A stretch of DNA of 64,000 bases, from the NCBI GenBank assembly GCA_945875925.1, contig CAMCME010000001.1, forward strand, positions 4,656 through 68,655. Direction: 5' to 3'. The position numbers and the translations under genes are program-made. The DNA comes from Rickettsia typhi. GTDB taxonomy: Bacteria; Pseudomonadota; Alphaproteobacteria; Rickettsiales; UBA1997. The notes beneath the pieces are model-generated. The model saw nothing but the letters and a program-made list of their open reading frames with translations. It had not been told where the DNA came from and made no database searches. Below, one piece after another: positions 43,930-54,702 of this stretch. Positions within the stretch are counted from its first letter, which is position 1, and every line of letters begins with the position of its first letter.

Positions 43930-46689
43930 TTAAAGCCCATGACATTGCTTAAATTTTTTCTCACTACCACATGGGCAAGGTTCGTTGCGACCAACATTTC
44001 CCCAAGTTTCAGGATTGCTTGGGTCACGATCTTGTGCTTCAATATTCAATTTTACAGGAGACAAAGATGAAACAGCTTTAGTATTGTGAAATTCTGATTT
44101 CACAAAAGCTGGATCGCTTCTGGTTTCAAACATTTTTTGTTTTGGAGCTTGAGCAAATAAGTTAATTTCTTTGTTTTCATCTTCAGAAACACTTAATTGA
44201 ACATGAGATAATCTGCTGATAATTTGCTCTTCCATTCTAAGCATCATATCTTCAAATAAACTGAAAGCGTCTCTCTTATATTCAATCAATGGATCCTTTT
44301 GAGCGTAAGCACGAAGATTGATACCATTTCTTAATTTATCCAAAGAAAGTAAGTGATCTTTCCATTCTGAATCTAGCGTTAATAAGAAAATTTGCTTCTC
44401 AACTTTAGCAACAATTTCTTCGCCATAAATTTCTTTTTTAGAAGTGAAAATTTCCGCAGTTTTATCTTCAATGAAATTCAAAATTTCTTTATCTCCAACT
44501 CCATCTTTTTCAGATTCTGCTTTCAAATCCAATCTCAAGCCATAAACACGAAGTATCTCGGTTTCTAGATCATCAATCTCCCACTGCTGCGAATAAGAAT
44601 TTTTTGGAATACAATCTTCCACCAAATCCTTATTAATATCATTTCTAAATTTAGTAATTTTTTGTGAAATTTCTTCAGACGAAATTACTTCGGTGCGCAA
44701 AGCAAAAATCATTTTGCGCTGTTGATTTACAACATCGTCATATTTCAAAAGATTTTTTCTAATCTCATAATTTCGCATCTCAACCTTATGCTGAGCTTTT
44801 GCTAAAGTTTTGCTAATCCAAGGATGGAAAATTGCTTCATCATCTTTTAGCCCTAAGCTAGATAACATTCCTTGTAATTTTTCTGAACCAAAAATTCTCA
44901 TCAAATCATCTTCTAAAGATAAGAAGAATTTAGATCTTCCAGCATCTCCTTGACGACCAGAACGGCCACGAAGTTGATTATCAATTCTACGACTTTCATG
45001 TCTTTCAGTTGCCAAAACATAAAGCCCGCCCGCTGCAATTGCGATTTTTTTATCGGCTTCAGCTTTTGCTTCAATTGCGGCAATTTTTTCTGCTTTTTCT
45101 GCCTCGCTTATCGTTTGCACTTCTTCAGAATCTAAGAATTTCTCGATAATCATATCAGGATTTCCGCCAAGCTTAATATCCGTACCACGACCCGCCATGT
45201 TGGTCGCGATAGTTATGGCACCTGGAACTCCAGCTTGAGAAATAATTTCAGCTTCTTGTTCGTGATATTTAGCATTCAAAACACTATGGGTTAATTTATG
45301 CTGACGCAGTAATTTTGAAAGATATTCAGATTTTTCGATGCTTACAGTACCAACAAGAATCGGCTGTTTTTTAGCGTGGGCTTCTTCGATAGATTTGATA
45401 ATCGCATCATATTTTGCCTTCTCAGTTTTATAAATTTCATCATCTTCATCAATTCTAGAAACATTCACATTGGTTGGAATTTCTACAACTTTAAGTCCAT
45501 AAATTTCTTCAAATTCAGTGGCTTCAGTTAAAGCAGTTCCCGTCATGCCACCGATTTTTTTGTAAAGTCTGAAATAATTTTGGAAAGTGATTGAAGCTAA
45601 AGTTTGATTTTCATTTCTAACTCTAACGCCTTCTTTTGCTTCTAAAGCTTGATGCAAACCATCTGAGAATCTTCGGCCTTCTTGCATACGGCCCGTAAAT
45701 TCATCGATAATTACCACTGAATTATCTTTAACGATGTAATCAATTTCATTTTTGAAAAGCTTATGCGCTTTCAGAGCCTGATTGGTGTGATGAACTAAAG
45801 AAACATGGTTGATGTCGTAAAGCGAAGCATCAGACTCAATAAATCCATCTTCTTTCAAAAACTTTTCCATGGTTTCAACACCTGTGTCGGTTAGAAACAC
45901 ACCGCGTTCTTTTTCTTCAAGTTGGAAACATTCAGGTGTTAATTTTGGAATCAGGCGATTAATTTCTTGGTAAAGTTTTGAATTATCATTAGTTGGACCA
46001 GAGATGATTAGCGGAGTTCTAGCCTCGTCAATTAAGATTGAATCAACTTCATCAATAATGGCATAGCTTTTACCAAATTCGCCGTGGCGCTGCACCATAT
46101 TGCTCACATCATATTTCATATTGTCGCGCAAATAATCAAAACCAAGTTCGTTATTTGTGGCATAAGTGATGTCGCAATTATAAGCAGCTTTGCGCTCTTC
46201 ATCATTCAAATCATTAGTGATGCAACCAACAGTCAGGCCTAAAAATTCATGCAATTTTCCCATCCAAGCCGCGTCTCTTTTTGCAAGATAATCGTTAGGC
46301 GTAACTACATGCACACCGTTGCCAGTCAAGGCATTAAGATAGCATGGCAAAGTTGAAACAAGAGTTTTTCCTTCTCCTGTTTTCATCTCAGAAATTCTGC
46401 CTTGATGCATCACCATTCCACCAATTAATTGCACATCAAAATGACGCATGTGAAGCACGCGTTTTGAAGCTTCGCGAACTACGGCAAAAGCTTCATGCAA
46501 AATTTGATCCAAAGTTTGGCCCGATTTTAAACGAGATTGGAATTCTGTAGTTTTAGCTTTTAATTGCTCATCCGATAAATTGCTAATTTGGGCTTCCAAA
46601 GCGTTAACTTTAGCCACTTCCAAAAATAAAGATTTGATGACGCGATCATTTACTGATCCAAAGATTTTTTTAGCGAGGTAGGAAAACAT
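43930..46689 (-). CDS. secA: Preprotein translocase ATPase SecA
   Basis: 919 aa. MKTGEGKTL, DEVDSILIDEARTPLIISG, TNMAGRGTDI, C-terminal zinc motif CPCGSEKKFKQCHG. Confidence 0.97.
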   Translation of the reverse strand: MFSYLAKKIFGSVNDRVIKSLFLEVAKVNALEAQISNLSDEQLKAKTTEFQSRLKSGQTLDQILHEAFAVVREASKRVLHMRHFDVQLIGGMVMHQGRISEMKTGEGKTLVSTLPCYLNALTGNGVHVVTPNDYLAKRDAAWMGKLHEFLGLTVGCITNDLNDEERKAAYNCDITYATNNELGFDYLRDNMKYDVSNMVQRHGEFGKSYAIIDEVDSILIDEARTPLIISGPTNDNSKLYQEINRLIPKLTPECFQLEEKERGVFLTDTGVETMEKFLKEDGFIESDASLYDINHVSLVHHTNQALKAHKLFKNEIDYIVKDNSVVIIDEFTGRMQEGRRFSDGLHQALEAKEGVRVRNENQTLASITFQNYFRLYKKIGGMTGTALTEATEFEEIYGLKVVEIPTNVNVSRIDEDDEIYKTEKAKYDAIIKSIEEAHAKKQPILVGTVSIEKSEYLSKLLRQHKLTHSVLNAKYHEQEAEIISQAGVPGAITIATNMAGRGTDIKLGGNPDMIIEKFLDSEEVQTISEAEKAEKIAAIEAKAEADKKIAIAAGGLYVLATERHESRRIDNQLRGRSGRQGDAGRSKFFLSLEDDLMRIFGSEKLQGMLSSLGLKDDEAIFHPWISKTLAKAQHKVEMRNYEIRKNLLKYDDVVNQQRKMIFALRTEVISSEEISQKITKFRNDINKDLVEDCIPKNSYSQQWEIDDLETEILRVYGLRLDLKAESEKDGVGDKEILNFIEDKTAEIFTSKKEIYGEEIVAKVEKQIFLLTLDSEWKDHLLSLDKLRNGINLRAYAQKDPLIEYKRDAFSLFEDMMLRMEEQIISRLSHVQLSVSEDENKEINLFAQAPKQKMFETRSDPAFVKSEFHNTKAVSSLSPVKLNIEAQDRDPSNPETWGNVGRNEPCPCGSEKKFKQCHGL

Positions 46690-46709
46690 TTGAGAAATTT
46701 AAGAGATTT

Positions 46710-47996
46710 TTAGTAGAGAATTTTTATATCAGCACCGCAAGCAATAAGCTTTTCAGCCAATCTTTCGTAACCTCTTTCAAGGTGATAAAGTCGATTAATT
46801 TTAGTTTCACCATCAGCCACCAAAGCAGCTAAAACCATTGAAACTGAAGCTCTAAGGTCGGTTGCCATAACTTCAGCACCAGTCAATTTTTTAACACCTT
46901 TTACAATTGCAATATTGCCATGAGATTCAATATTCGCACCCATTCGTACTAATTCCATCACATGCATGAAGCGATTTTCAAAAATAGTTTCTTCAATTGT
47001 CGCAATACCGTCAGACATTGTCATCAAAGACATGAACTGAGCTTGCATATCCGTAGGAAATCCTGGGAAAGGATGAGTTGAAATGCTCACCGAGTGAATT
47101 TCCTGCGACACTCTTTTAACTTCAATTTCATTTTCCGAAACTTGTGTCAGCTGTAATCCAGCTTTTTCTAATTCTCCTTTAAAACCACCAAAAAGCCACA
47201 TTTCCACACCAACTAATTTTACACATCCACCTGTAATTCCAGCCGCAATTGCGTAAGTTCCAGCTTCAATTCTATCAGCCACAATTTTGTGACGCGCGGC
47301 GTGTAATTTTTCAACACCTTGAATCTTAATTTGCGAAGTCCCGGCACCTGTAATTTTTGCGCCCATGGCATTCAAACATTTTGCCAGATCAATAATTTCA
47401 GGCTCGCAAGCTGCATTATTTAAAATGGTTTCGCCTTCTGCAAGTGAGGACGCCATCAAAGTGCTTTGAGTTGCACCAACTGAAACTTTTTCAAAATTTA
47501 CTTCCGCACCTTTCAATCTGCCATCAACTGAAGCCTCAACATAGCCGCTAACTAATTCAATTTTTGCACCTAGCTTTTCCATAGCTTTTAAGTGCAAATC
47601 TACTGGGCGTGTACCAATTGCGCATCCACCTGGTAAAGAAACTTTAGCTCTACCAAAGCGCGCCAGCAAAGGCCCTAAAATTAAAATTGAAGCACGCATT
47701 TTACACACCAAATCATATGGAGCGACAGGATTGCTGATTTCTTTCGCATCCAAAATCATCACTCTACCATGATTTCCGCCATCTTTGTCCGCGCCATCAA
47801 GCTGAATTTCAACACCCAAATTAGCCAATAAATTAGCCATTGTAGAGATATCCGCCACATGAGGAACATTGGTTAAAGTAAGCTTTTCATCCGTCAGAAT
47901 TGCGGCCACCATCAATGGTAGAGTAGCATTTTTAGCACCCGCAATATGAACATTTCCATGCAGCTTTTTGCCGCCTTTAATCAAAAGCTTTTTCAT
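46710..47996 (-). CDS. murA: UDP-N-acetylglucosamine 1-carboxyvinyltransferase
   Basis: GAKNATLPLM, active-site region LPGGCAIGTRPVDLH. Confidence 0.95.
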   Translation of the reverse strand: MKKLLIKGGKKLHGNVHIAGAKNATLPLMVAAILTDEKLTLTNVPHVADISTMANLLANLGVEIQLDGADKDGGNHGRVMILDAKEISNPVAPYDLVCKMRASILILGPLLARFGRAKVSLPGGCAIGTRPVDLHLKAMEKLGAKIELVSGYVEASVDGRLKGAEVNFEKVSVGATQSTLMASSLAEGETILNNAACEPEIIDLAKCLNAMGAKITGAGTSQIKIQGVEKLHAARHKIVADRIEAGTYAIAAGITGGCVKLVGVEMWLFGGFKGELEKAGLQLTQVSENEIEVKRVSQEIHSVSISTHPFPGFPTDMQAQFMSLMTMSDGIATIEETIFENRFMHVMELVRMGANIESHGNIAIVKGVKKLTGAEVMATDLRASVSMVLAALVADGETKINRLYHLERGYERLAEKLIACGADIKILY

Positions 47997-48002
47997 TAAT
48001 TT

Positions 48003-49490
48003 TTATTTTTCGTAATTATCTTTAACCAACTGATTCAACAAGCGCACACCATATCCTGTAGCGCCTTTCACAGCCATCGGATCGCCCTTACCTTTCCATG
48101 CCACACCAGCAATGTCTAAGTGAGCCCATTTTGTGTCACCAATAAATCTTTTTAAGAATTGCGCCGCAGTTGTGCTTCCAGCACCTCTGCCGCTTCCAAC
48201 ATTTTTCATATCAGCAATATCAGAATTGATCATATCATCATATTCTTCACCCAAAGGCATTCTCCAAACTGTTTCTGCCGTAGCTTTACCAGCTGCCTCA
48301 ATTTTTTTGGATAAATCATCATCATTACTAAACATACCAGCATGAACATCTGACAAAGCAACAATGATTGCACCTGTAAGAGTTGCCAAATCAATGATAA
48401 ATTTCGGTTTGAATTTTGTGTTTGTGTAATGCAAAGCATCCGACAATACCAATCTCCCTTCAGCGTCAGTATTTACAATTTCAATAGTTTGACCCGACAT
48501 TGATTTCACAACATCTCCTGGTCTTTGCGCCGAACCAGATGGCATATTTTCTACCAAACCAATCACACCAACTGCATTCACTTTTGCTTTTCTTTGAGCA
48601 AGCAAACGAAGTAATCCAACTACTACAGCAGAGCCCGCCATATCAGTTTTCATATCTTCCATATTTTGCGCTGGCTTGATCGAAATTCCACCAGTGTCAA
48701 AAGTCACACCTTTACCAACAAAGGCTATTGGCTGATCTTTTGGATTTTTCGCACCATTATATTTCAAAACCACCAAACGAGATTCTTTCACACTGCCCTG
48801 TCCAACACCAATTAGCGCATTCATTCCAAGTTTTCTCATTTCAGCAATTCCTAGAACCTGCACTTCCAAACCGTCTTTTTTAAAGGTTTTGCAAATTTCT
48901 GCGTAGCTTTCAGGATTCAAAATATTGCAAGGTTCAGAAACTAAATCTCTAACCAAGAAAATATTATCGGCTATCACTTCCAAATCAGCGAAGGTTTTTT
49001 TAGCTTTTGCAGCATCGCTTACAGCGAAAGTTAAAGATGAAACTTTCAGCTCTTTATTTTTCTTTTTATCTTCAAAATATTTGTTAAATCTGTAAGATTG
49101 TAAAAGTGATCCAAAGGCGATGTTGCAAGTGTTTTGAACATCTGAAGAGTTATTTTTTATCACACCTTTTTCATCTAATTCGCAGTCAAAAAAGATCGTC
49201 GCATCTTTAATTTTTGAGCCATTTAAAAAAGCGATAATGCGTGAACCAATTTTTTGCAAAGCTAATTCATCAATTTTTTTATCAGCTCCCGCACCTACAA
49301 CCAAAAACATTTGATCATTTGCCGAAACTAAATGAGTTTGACTGCTTTTGCCGGTAAAATCGAAATTTTCTTTGGCAAATTTTACTAATTTTAATTTAGA
49401 TTTTTTAGCCTGCTCTTCATTGAAAACAATCACTGGTAGCGAGTTTTTAAGAGCAGAAAGAGTAGAGACTTTGGCGAAATTTATTTTCAT
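48003..49490 (-). CDS. pepA: Leucyl aminopeptidase (M17)
   Basis: VGKGVTFDTGGISIKP and NTDAEGRLVLSDAL. Met at 49490 is preferred to ORF track start 49532. Confidence 0.9.
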   Translation of the reverse strand: MKINFAKVSTLSALKNSLPVIVFNEEQAKKSKLKLVKFAKENFDFTGKSSQTHLVSANDQMFLVVGAGADKKIDELALQKIGSRIIAFLNGSKIKDATIFFDCELDEKGVIKNNSSDVQNTCNIAFGSLLQSYRFNKYFEDKKKNKELKVSSLTFAVSDAAKAKKTFADLEVIADNIFLVRDLVSEPCNILNPESYAEICKTFKKDGLEVQVLGIAEMRKLGMNALIGVGQGSVKESRLVVLKYNGAKNPKDQPIAFVGKGVTFDTGGISIKPAQNMEDMKTDMAGSAVVVGLLRLLAQRKAKVNAVGVIGLVENMPSGSAQRPGDVVKSMSGQTIEIVNTDAEGRLVLSDALHYTNTKFKPKFIIDLATLTGAIIVALSDVHAGMFSNDDDLSKKIEAAGKATAETVWRMPLGEEYDDMINSDIADMKNVGSGRGAGSTTAAQFLKRFIGDTKWAHLDIAGVAWKGKGDPMAVKGATGYGVRLLNQLVKDNYEK

Positions 49491-49543
49491 TTGTTGAAAA
49501 TGCTTGAATTGATAGGGAGGACTTCTAGTCAAATTAGGATTGA

Positions 49544-50602
49544 TTAGTCAAAAACTCTATCAAAAAGTTTTAAAATTTTCTGGCGATTTTTTTCTAGCAA
49601 CAAAACTAGTGTTTCTTTTTCCAAATTCAGCAGCGCGATAATTGAGGTAAAGTCTCTAAATCCAGAACCAGCAAAGATTTGATATTTTTTCAAATCAGCA
49701 ATTTGCAAATAGCTGATCACGAAAATTACGCGGAAAAAAATTACTGCGAAATTTTCTTCTATAAGCTTATCATCAAATTCTATTTTTTGCGTCAAAACCA
49801 AAGTTTTATTTTCGATAATTTCTGAAAATTTTCTTTGCTTAATATTCTCTTCTAAAATTTCCAAATTATCGAAAAATTCCATATAAAATTTCTCAATATT
49901 TTTTTCATTTAATTTAAAAATTTCTCCCCAAATTTCTGGATCAGAATCATCTAAACGAAAAGCGGTTTTGAAAAATTCATCTGTCACTTCTTTAAGCGAA
50001 ATTTCCAAAGTTAAAAATGACAGAAACTGCGGTAAATGTGACACCAAGGCATAAATTTCATTATGTTTTTTGGCTTCCAAGTTTTCAGAAATTCCATCAA
50101 ATTTCTTCACCATTTCTTCAATTTTTTTCAAACTAGATGGGTTAGTGTTTTCTGGACAAATAATAAATTTTTTACCAAAAAATAAATCGTCAGAAGAATT
50201 TTCAAATCCAGTTTTTTCTGACCCAGCAATTGGATGACAAGGAATGAAATTTGCCTGTAAATTTTGCGGCAAAATTTTGCTCTTTATTTCGATTTCTTTT
50301 ACCGAACCTAAATCGATCAAAATTGCTTGATCAGAAATTTTACCAGAAATTTTTCTGATAATATCTTTGTAAGTTAAAAGGGGAGACGCCAAAACTATCA
50401 AATCGAAACTGGATAAATCACCATCCAAAGAAATAGATTCCTCAATAATATTAGTCGCTTTGGCAAGACCGGTAGATTCTGGATTTAAATCAAAAGCCCA
50501 AATCTCTTTGGCGATATTATATTTTTTGCAAGTTTTAGCGAATGAGCCGCCAATAAGACCAAGGCCAATTACTAAAATTTTATTGAAATTTTCTGTCGAC
50601 AA
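49544..50602 (-). CDS. tyrA: Prephenate/arogenate dehydrogenase
   Basis: ILVIGLGLIGGSFA Rossmann motif and HPIAGSEKTG. Confidence 0.7.
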   Translation of the reverse strand: MSTENFNKILVIGLGLIGGSFAKTCKKYNIAKEIWAFDLNPESTGLAKATNIIEESISLDGDLSSFDLIVLASPLLTYKDIIRKISGKISDQAILIDLGSVKEIEIKSKILPQNLQANFIPCHPIAGSEKTGFENSSDDLFFGKKFIICPENTNPSSLKKIEEMVKKFDGISENLEAKKHNEIYALVSHLPQFLSFLTLEISLKEVTDEFFKTAFRLDDSDPEIWGEIFKLNEKNIEKFYMEFFDNLEILEENIKQRKFSEIIENKTLVLTQKIEFDDKLIEENFAVIFFRVIFVISYLQIADLKKYQIFAGSGFRDFTSIIALLNLEKETLVLLLEKNRQKILKLFDRVFD

Positions 50603-50776
50603 GCTGTTTTTCCAGTTGATTGTTGTTTGTGAAGATTTTTAATTCTTACCTATTGAAAGTTTCTATCAAGAAATTAAAACTCAGTCTATCTATATATATT
50701 AGATCTAAACAAAACTTATCATTTTTGAAACCTTCTAGCTTAAGATATTAAAATAGCAGGAACTATATTTAGTAAT

Positions 50777-50962
50777 ATGAAAAAAATAATTTTAATTCTA
50801 TCGTTTTTCACTTTAATTTCTGCTTGCTCTTCTTCTAAAACAATAGATATTAAAAGCCCTTGTGTTTCGAACGAAGACGGCCCTTGTGGACCTAAAAAGG
50901 CAATTAATGATTGGTGGATAAAAAATTCTAAAGGCTCTAAAACTAATCTAGTCAATTCTTAA
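50777..50962 (+). CDS. Small lipoprotein (61 aa)
   Basis: Lipobox LISACSS. Motif SPCVSNEDGPCGPKKAINDWW. Confidence 0.45.
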   Translation: MKKIILILSFFTLISACSSSKTIDIKSPCVSNEDGPCGPKKAINDWWIKNSKGSKTNLVNS

Positions 50963-50979
50963 ATTATTCAAAAGCAAAT

Positions 50980-51387
50980 ATGTCTGAAACACAAAAAAGT
51001 TTTGCCGAAAGATATGCTAGTAAAAAGGGCTCTTTTACTTCACAAAACTTACAGAATGCTGAGCCTGAGGCGGCTGCAAAGAGTGAAAACTCTAGCACTG
51101 AATCAACTCAAAGTTCTATTTTACAAAACAAAAAAAACCTTAAACCAATCGATCCTCAGAAAAAAATGCAAGCTGAACTTATTTATCTCGTCAAGGGAGT
51201 TGATGCCGGCCGTAACGCTTGGTATTATGTTTTGGTAGAACGCTTAAAAGTTCAATTATTTTTAAAAGCCTTAAATGATGAAATTATTCATCTAGAAAAT
51301 TATGGCAAAATTCTATTTTCAGCCTATGGCGACGAACCACCTGAAGATATTACCAACAGCTTAAAAGACGAATATGGAATTGTTTAA
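50980..51387 (+). CDS. Hypothetical protein (135 aa)
   Basis: Disordered N-terminal half and a structured C-terminal half (AELIYLVKGVDAGRNAWYYVLVERLK). No family recognised. Confidence 0.35.
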   Translation: MSETQKSFAERYASKKGSFTSQNLQNAEPEAAAKSENSSTESTQSSILQNKKNLKPIDPQKKMQAELIYLVKGVDAGRNAWYYVLVERLKVQLFLKALNDEIIHLENYGKILFSAYGDEPPEDITNSLKDEYGIV

Positions 51388-51430
51388 GTAATTACTTGGT
51401 AATTTTTTGAAATTCGCATCAAATTATGAA

Positions 51431-51467
51431 GAGTAAATCTGGCTTAAAAATGAAGCCAGATTTACTC
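51431..51467. terminator. Stem-loop after the 50980-51387 ORF
   Basis: GAGTAAATCTGGCTT-AAAAATG-AAGCCAGATTTACTC, a 15-bp perfect stem with no clear T-run. Confidence 0.35.
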
Positions 51468-51661
51468 TCTCATAAAGACTTATCCTTTTATCTTTCGATC
51501 CAATTTTATAATTAATCTTATTTATAAAATTTTACTCCTCCAAATTCTTTCAAGTTGGGGTAAAGATCTCATACACTTAATTTGTCAGCCTTAGTATTGA
51601 TCCATCTTTGGCAATTTATCGGATTAGCATTTTGCACCGCTCTAAAATACTTAAATTTCTC

Positions 51662-53014
51662 ATGAAAAATCTTGTCAAAATTTCCGTTGTTGTAGTGATA
51701 TCAACTGCGATTGGCTTTTTTTCTGCCATCTCTTTTTCTCAAATTGAAATTAAGCCAATTAAAATTAATGACGGATCTTCTGATAAAGATCAGAAAGAAT
51801 TTCTCAAAGATGTCATTTCCCGCGTAAAAAAAGATTATGTTGAAGAAAAAACAGATCGTCAATTAGCCGAAGCTGCAGCCAACGGTCTTTTATCATCTCT
51901 TGATCCACACTCATCTTATCTTAACGAAGATGCTTTGAAAGAAATGCAAGTGCAAACCAAAGGTGAATTTGGCGGACTTGGCATTGAAATCACCTTAGAA
52001 TATCAAGTGGTGAAAGTTATTTCAGCAATTGAAGATACTCCAGCCTTTGCTGCTGGCATTAAATCTGGCGACTACATTACCAAAATTGAAGATAAAAGCG
52101 CGATTGGACTATCTTTGGAAGAAGTGGTGAAAAAATTACGCGGCAAACCTGGAACTAAAGTTACTATTACAATTTTAAGAAAAGGTGAAAAAGAACCTTT
52201 AGTTAAAACTATCACTCGTCAAATCATTAAAGTTAAAGCAGTTAAAGCTGCTAGATTTAAAGATGTTGCTTACATCAAAATCAACACCTTCTCAGAGCAA
52301 GCTAATTCAGGTCTGACCGCTGAATTGAAAAAACTTAAATCTCAAATCGGTGAAAAAAATCTTAAAGGATTAGTTCTAGATTTACGAAATAATCCAGGTG
52401 GATTGCTTGATCAAGCTGTGGAAGTTAGCGATACTTTCTTAAATAAAGGCCAAACTATCGTTTCAATTAACGGTCGTAATAAAGAAGAAACTAAATATTT
52501 TAAAGATGAAGCTGACGAATCTTTAATTCCTAATATTCCGATTGTGATTTTGATTAATGAAGGTTCAGCATCAGCTTCAGAAATTGTAGCTGGAGCTTTA
52601 CAAGACAATAACCGCGCCGTGATTATGGGTATGAAATCTTTTGGAAAAGGTTCTGTGCAAACTGTAATTCCTCTAGATAAAAATAATGGCGCTATTCGCT
52701 TAACTACTTCTCTTTATTACACTCCAAGCGACAAATCAATTCAAGCTCACGGCATTGAACCAGATATTATTGTGAATGAAGCTAAGATTGAAAAAACTAC
52801 AAATAATAATCTTCGCGATTCAGAAGCTGACTTGAAAGGTCACATTGAAGTGCAAGTTCAAAAGGCAATTTCTGATTCTAAAAAAAATCAAATTGATGAT
52901 GATAATTCAGATATTTACGACAAGGATTATCAATTAGCTCGTGCTATTGACCTGCTTCGTGGCATCAATATTTACAAACATTCGACCAGAAAAATAGCAA
53001 CCGAATTTAAATAA
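51662..53014 (+). CDS. ctpA: Carboxy-terminal processing protease (S41)
   Basis: PDZ region. Motifs LRNNPGGLLDQAV, NEGSASASEIVAGALQD, FGKGSVQT. Confidence 0.85.
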   Translation: MKNLVKISVVVVISTAIGFFSAISFSQIEIKPIKINDGSSDKDQKEFLKDVISRVKKDYVEEKTDRQLAEAAANGLLSSLDPHSSYLNEDALKEMQVQTKGEFGGLGIEITLEYQVVKVISAIEDTPAFAAGIKSGDYITKIEDKSAIGLSLEEVVKKLRGKPGTKVTITILRKGEKEPLVKTITRQIIKVKAVKAARFKDVAYIKINTFSEQANSGLTAELKKLKSQIGEKNLKGLVLDLRNNPGGLLDQAVEVSDTFLNKGQTIVSINGRNKEETKYFKDEADESLIPNIPIVILINEGSASASEIVAGALQDNNRAVIMGMKSFGKGSVQTVIPLDKNNGAIRLTTSLYYTPSDKSIQAHGIEPDIIVNEAKIEKTTNNNLRDSEADLKGHIEVQVQKAISDSKKNQIDDDNSDIYDKDYQLARAIDLLRGINIYKHSTRKIATEFK

Positions 53015-54012
53015 TGATAAGAAGATCGCTTTTAAAAACTTGGGTGCCAGCTTTAGCGGGAATTTTGACTATCTTCACATTTTATTTTGCTGAATCTAAA
53101 GCTGCTGGAATTGCCCAACAAAACCCCCAGCAAAATTACAGCAACTTCGTCATCGCCCGAGTTAACAGCAAAGTTATCACTTATTTAGAATTGATGGATC
53201 GCTATCAATTCGTTCTCTTCGCCTCAAAAATTAACGCCAAATCAATTCAAGATAGGAAAATTATTCTTAATCAAATCATGGATAAAATGATTGATGAAGA
53301 ATTGATTAGACAAGAAGCCGCCAATTTAAAAATTGAAGCCACAGCAGATGAAATTCAAGGAACTATTGATGATGTAGCTGCGCAGCAAAGAAAAAATGCC
53401 ACACAATTTAAACTAGCTTTAGCCCAAAAAAATATCTCGGTTACTAATTATGTCAGACAAGTTGAGGCTGATATATTATGGTCAAAACTGATCTCTGAAA
53501 TGTTGCGTCCCAAAATAAAAATTACTGACGCCGAAATTCAGGAATTTTTTGAGCAGCAAAAATTTAATACAAATATTTCCAAACTTTTCATTGCGGAAAT
53601 TTTTATTCCTAAAGCAGAAAAAGCTGGGGAAATTTCTACAAAATTAGTTTCTGAATTAAGAAATGGCGCCGATTTTCGTAGCATCGTTAAACAATTTTCT
53701 CGCGATAGTTTATCGGTAGAAAATAATGGCGAAATTGGTTGGGTTTCGCAAAAAGATTTGGATAAAAAAATCTATGATGAAGTTTCTAAATTAAAAAAAG
53801 GCGAATATTCCAACCCTGTTCTTTTAGCCGATGGCTATTATATTTACAAGCTGATCAATACTAAATTTGAAACCAAAATTGAAGATCAAGATTTGAATGT
53901 GGCGCGAAATAATATTTTTATAAAAAAATTACAAAATTTAGCGCGTGGTTATTTAATGGATTTGAAGAAAAAATCTTTTGTAGAAGTTGATAGAGAAAAA
54001 ATAGGATTATAA
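53014..54012 (+). CDS. SurA-like periplasmic chaperone / PpiC-type peptidyl-prolyl isomerase
   Basis: Signal peptide, SurA_N-like helical region, parvulin-like region (ADFRSIVKQFS..GEIGWVSQKDL). Confidence 0.6.
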   Translation: MIRRSLLKTWVPALAGILTIFTFYFAESKAAGIAQQNPQQNYSNFVIARVNSKVITYLELMDRYQFVLFASKINAKSIQDRKIILNQIMDKMIDEELIRQEAANLKIEATADEIQGTIDDVAAQQRKNATQFKLALAQKNISVTNYVRQVEADILWSKLISEMLRPKIKITDAEIQEFFEQQKFNTNISKLFIAEIFIPKAEKAGEISTKLVSELRNGADFRSIVKQFSRDSLSVENNGEIGWVSQKDLDKKIYDEVSKLKKGEYSNPVLLADGYYIYKLINTKFETKIEDQDLNVARNNIFIKKLQNLARGYLMDLKKKSFVEVDREKIGL

Positions 54013-54056
54013 AAATTATTTTACAGACGACCAAGCACAAAATAAATAAAGCAACC

Positions 54057-54581
54057 ATGTATAAAAAAATCTTAGCAATTTTATTAATTTCTTTTTTAGC
54101 AAATTGCTCAACCCCAAATTGGTATAAACCCTACGGCTATACAATGTTTAAGCAGATGCCTAAAGGCGGCACACCGGGTTATAATTTGGGCTGGATTCAC
54201 GGTTGTCAGTCTGGTCTTGGAAGTCAGTTTGCCGGTGCAATTTATCACACTTATTACACTTGGAGTCGCGACCCAGATATTACTTCTGTGAACCCTGATA
54301 TTCCAAAAATCAGAGCGCGTTATAAAAAAGAATTAAAAGGTATTGATTGGAATAACCCAGCCGACATTCAAAAGAATTTTAGTGACTATAACACAATTTT
54401 TTGGGGCTCTCACTCATTTTGTCGTCACTCAATTTTGGGTATTCTACAAACTGCAGCCATGACCCCAACTCTTCCTGGACAAGAGAGATTTACCCCTGGT
54501 GCGCATAGCATTAGCAATGTTTGGAAAATTAATGGTAAAGGTGATACGCGACTTGGCGCGGGTGATACTAGTTTATGGTAA
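54057..54581 (+). CDS. Hypothetical lipoprotein (174 aa)
   Basis: Lipobox LANCS. Aromatic-rich mature part with 3 further Cys. No family recognised. Confidence 0.45.
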   Translation: MYKKILAILLISFLANCSTPNWYKPYGYTMFKQMPKGGTPGYNLGWIHGCQSGLGSQFAGAIYHTYYTWSRDPDITSVNPDIPKIRARYKKELKGIDWNNPADIQKNFSDYNTIFWGSHSFCRHSILGILQTAAMTPTLPGQERFTPGAHSISNVWKINGKGDTRLGAGDTSLW

Positions 54582-54702
54582 ATTTAAGTTTGATTTTTGC
54601 TTAAATATTTCTAGATTGGCGCTCTTTGAATATCATCCCCTCACGAAATAAATATCCTTACATCAATCAGGATAGCAATTTTAACAAAATCTTTAATCAA
54701 GC

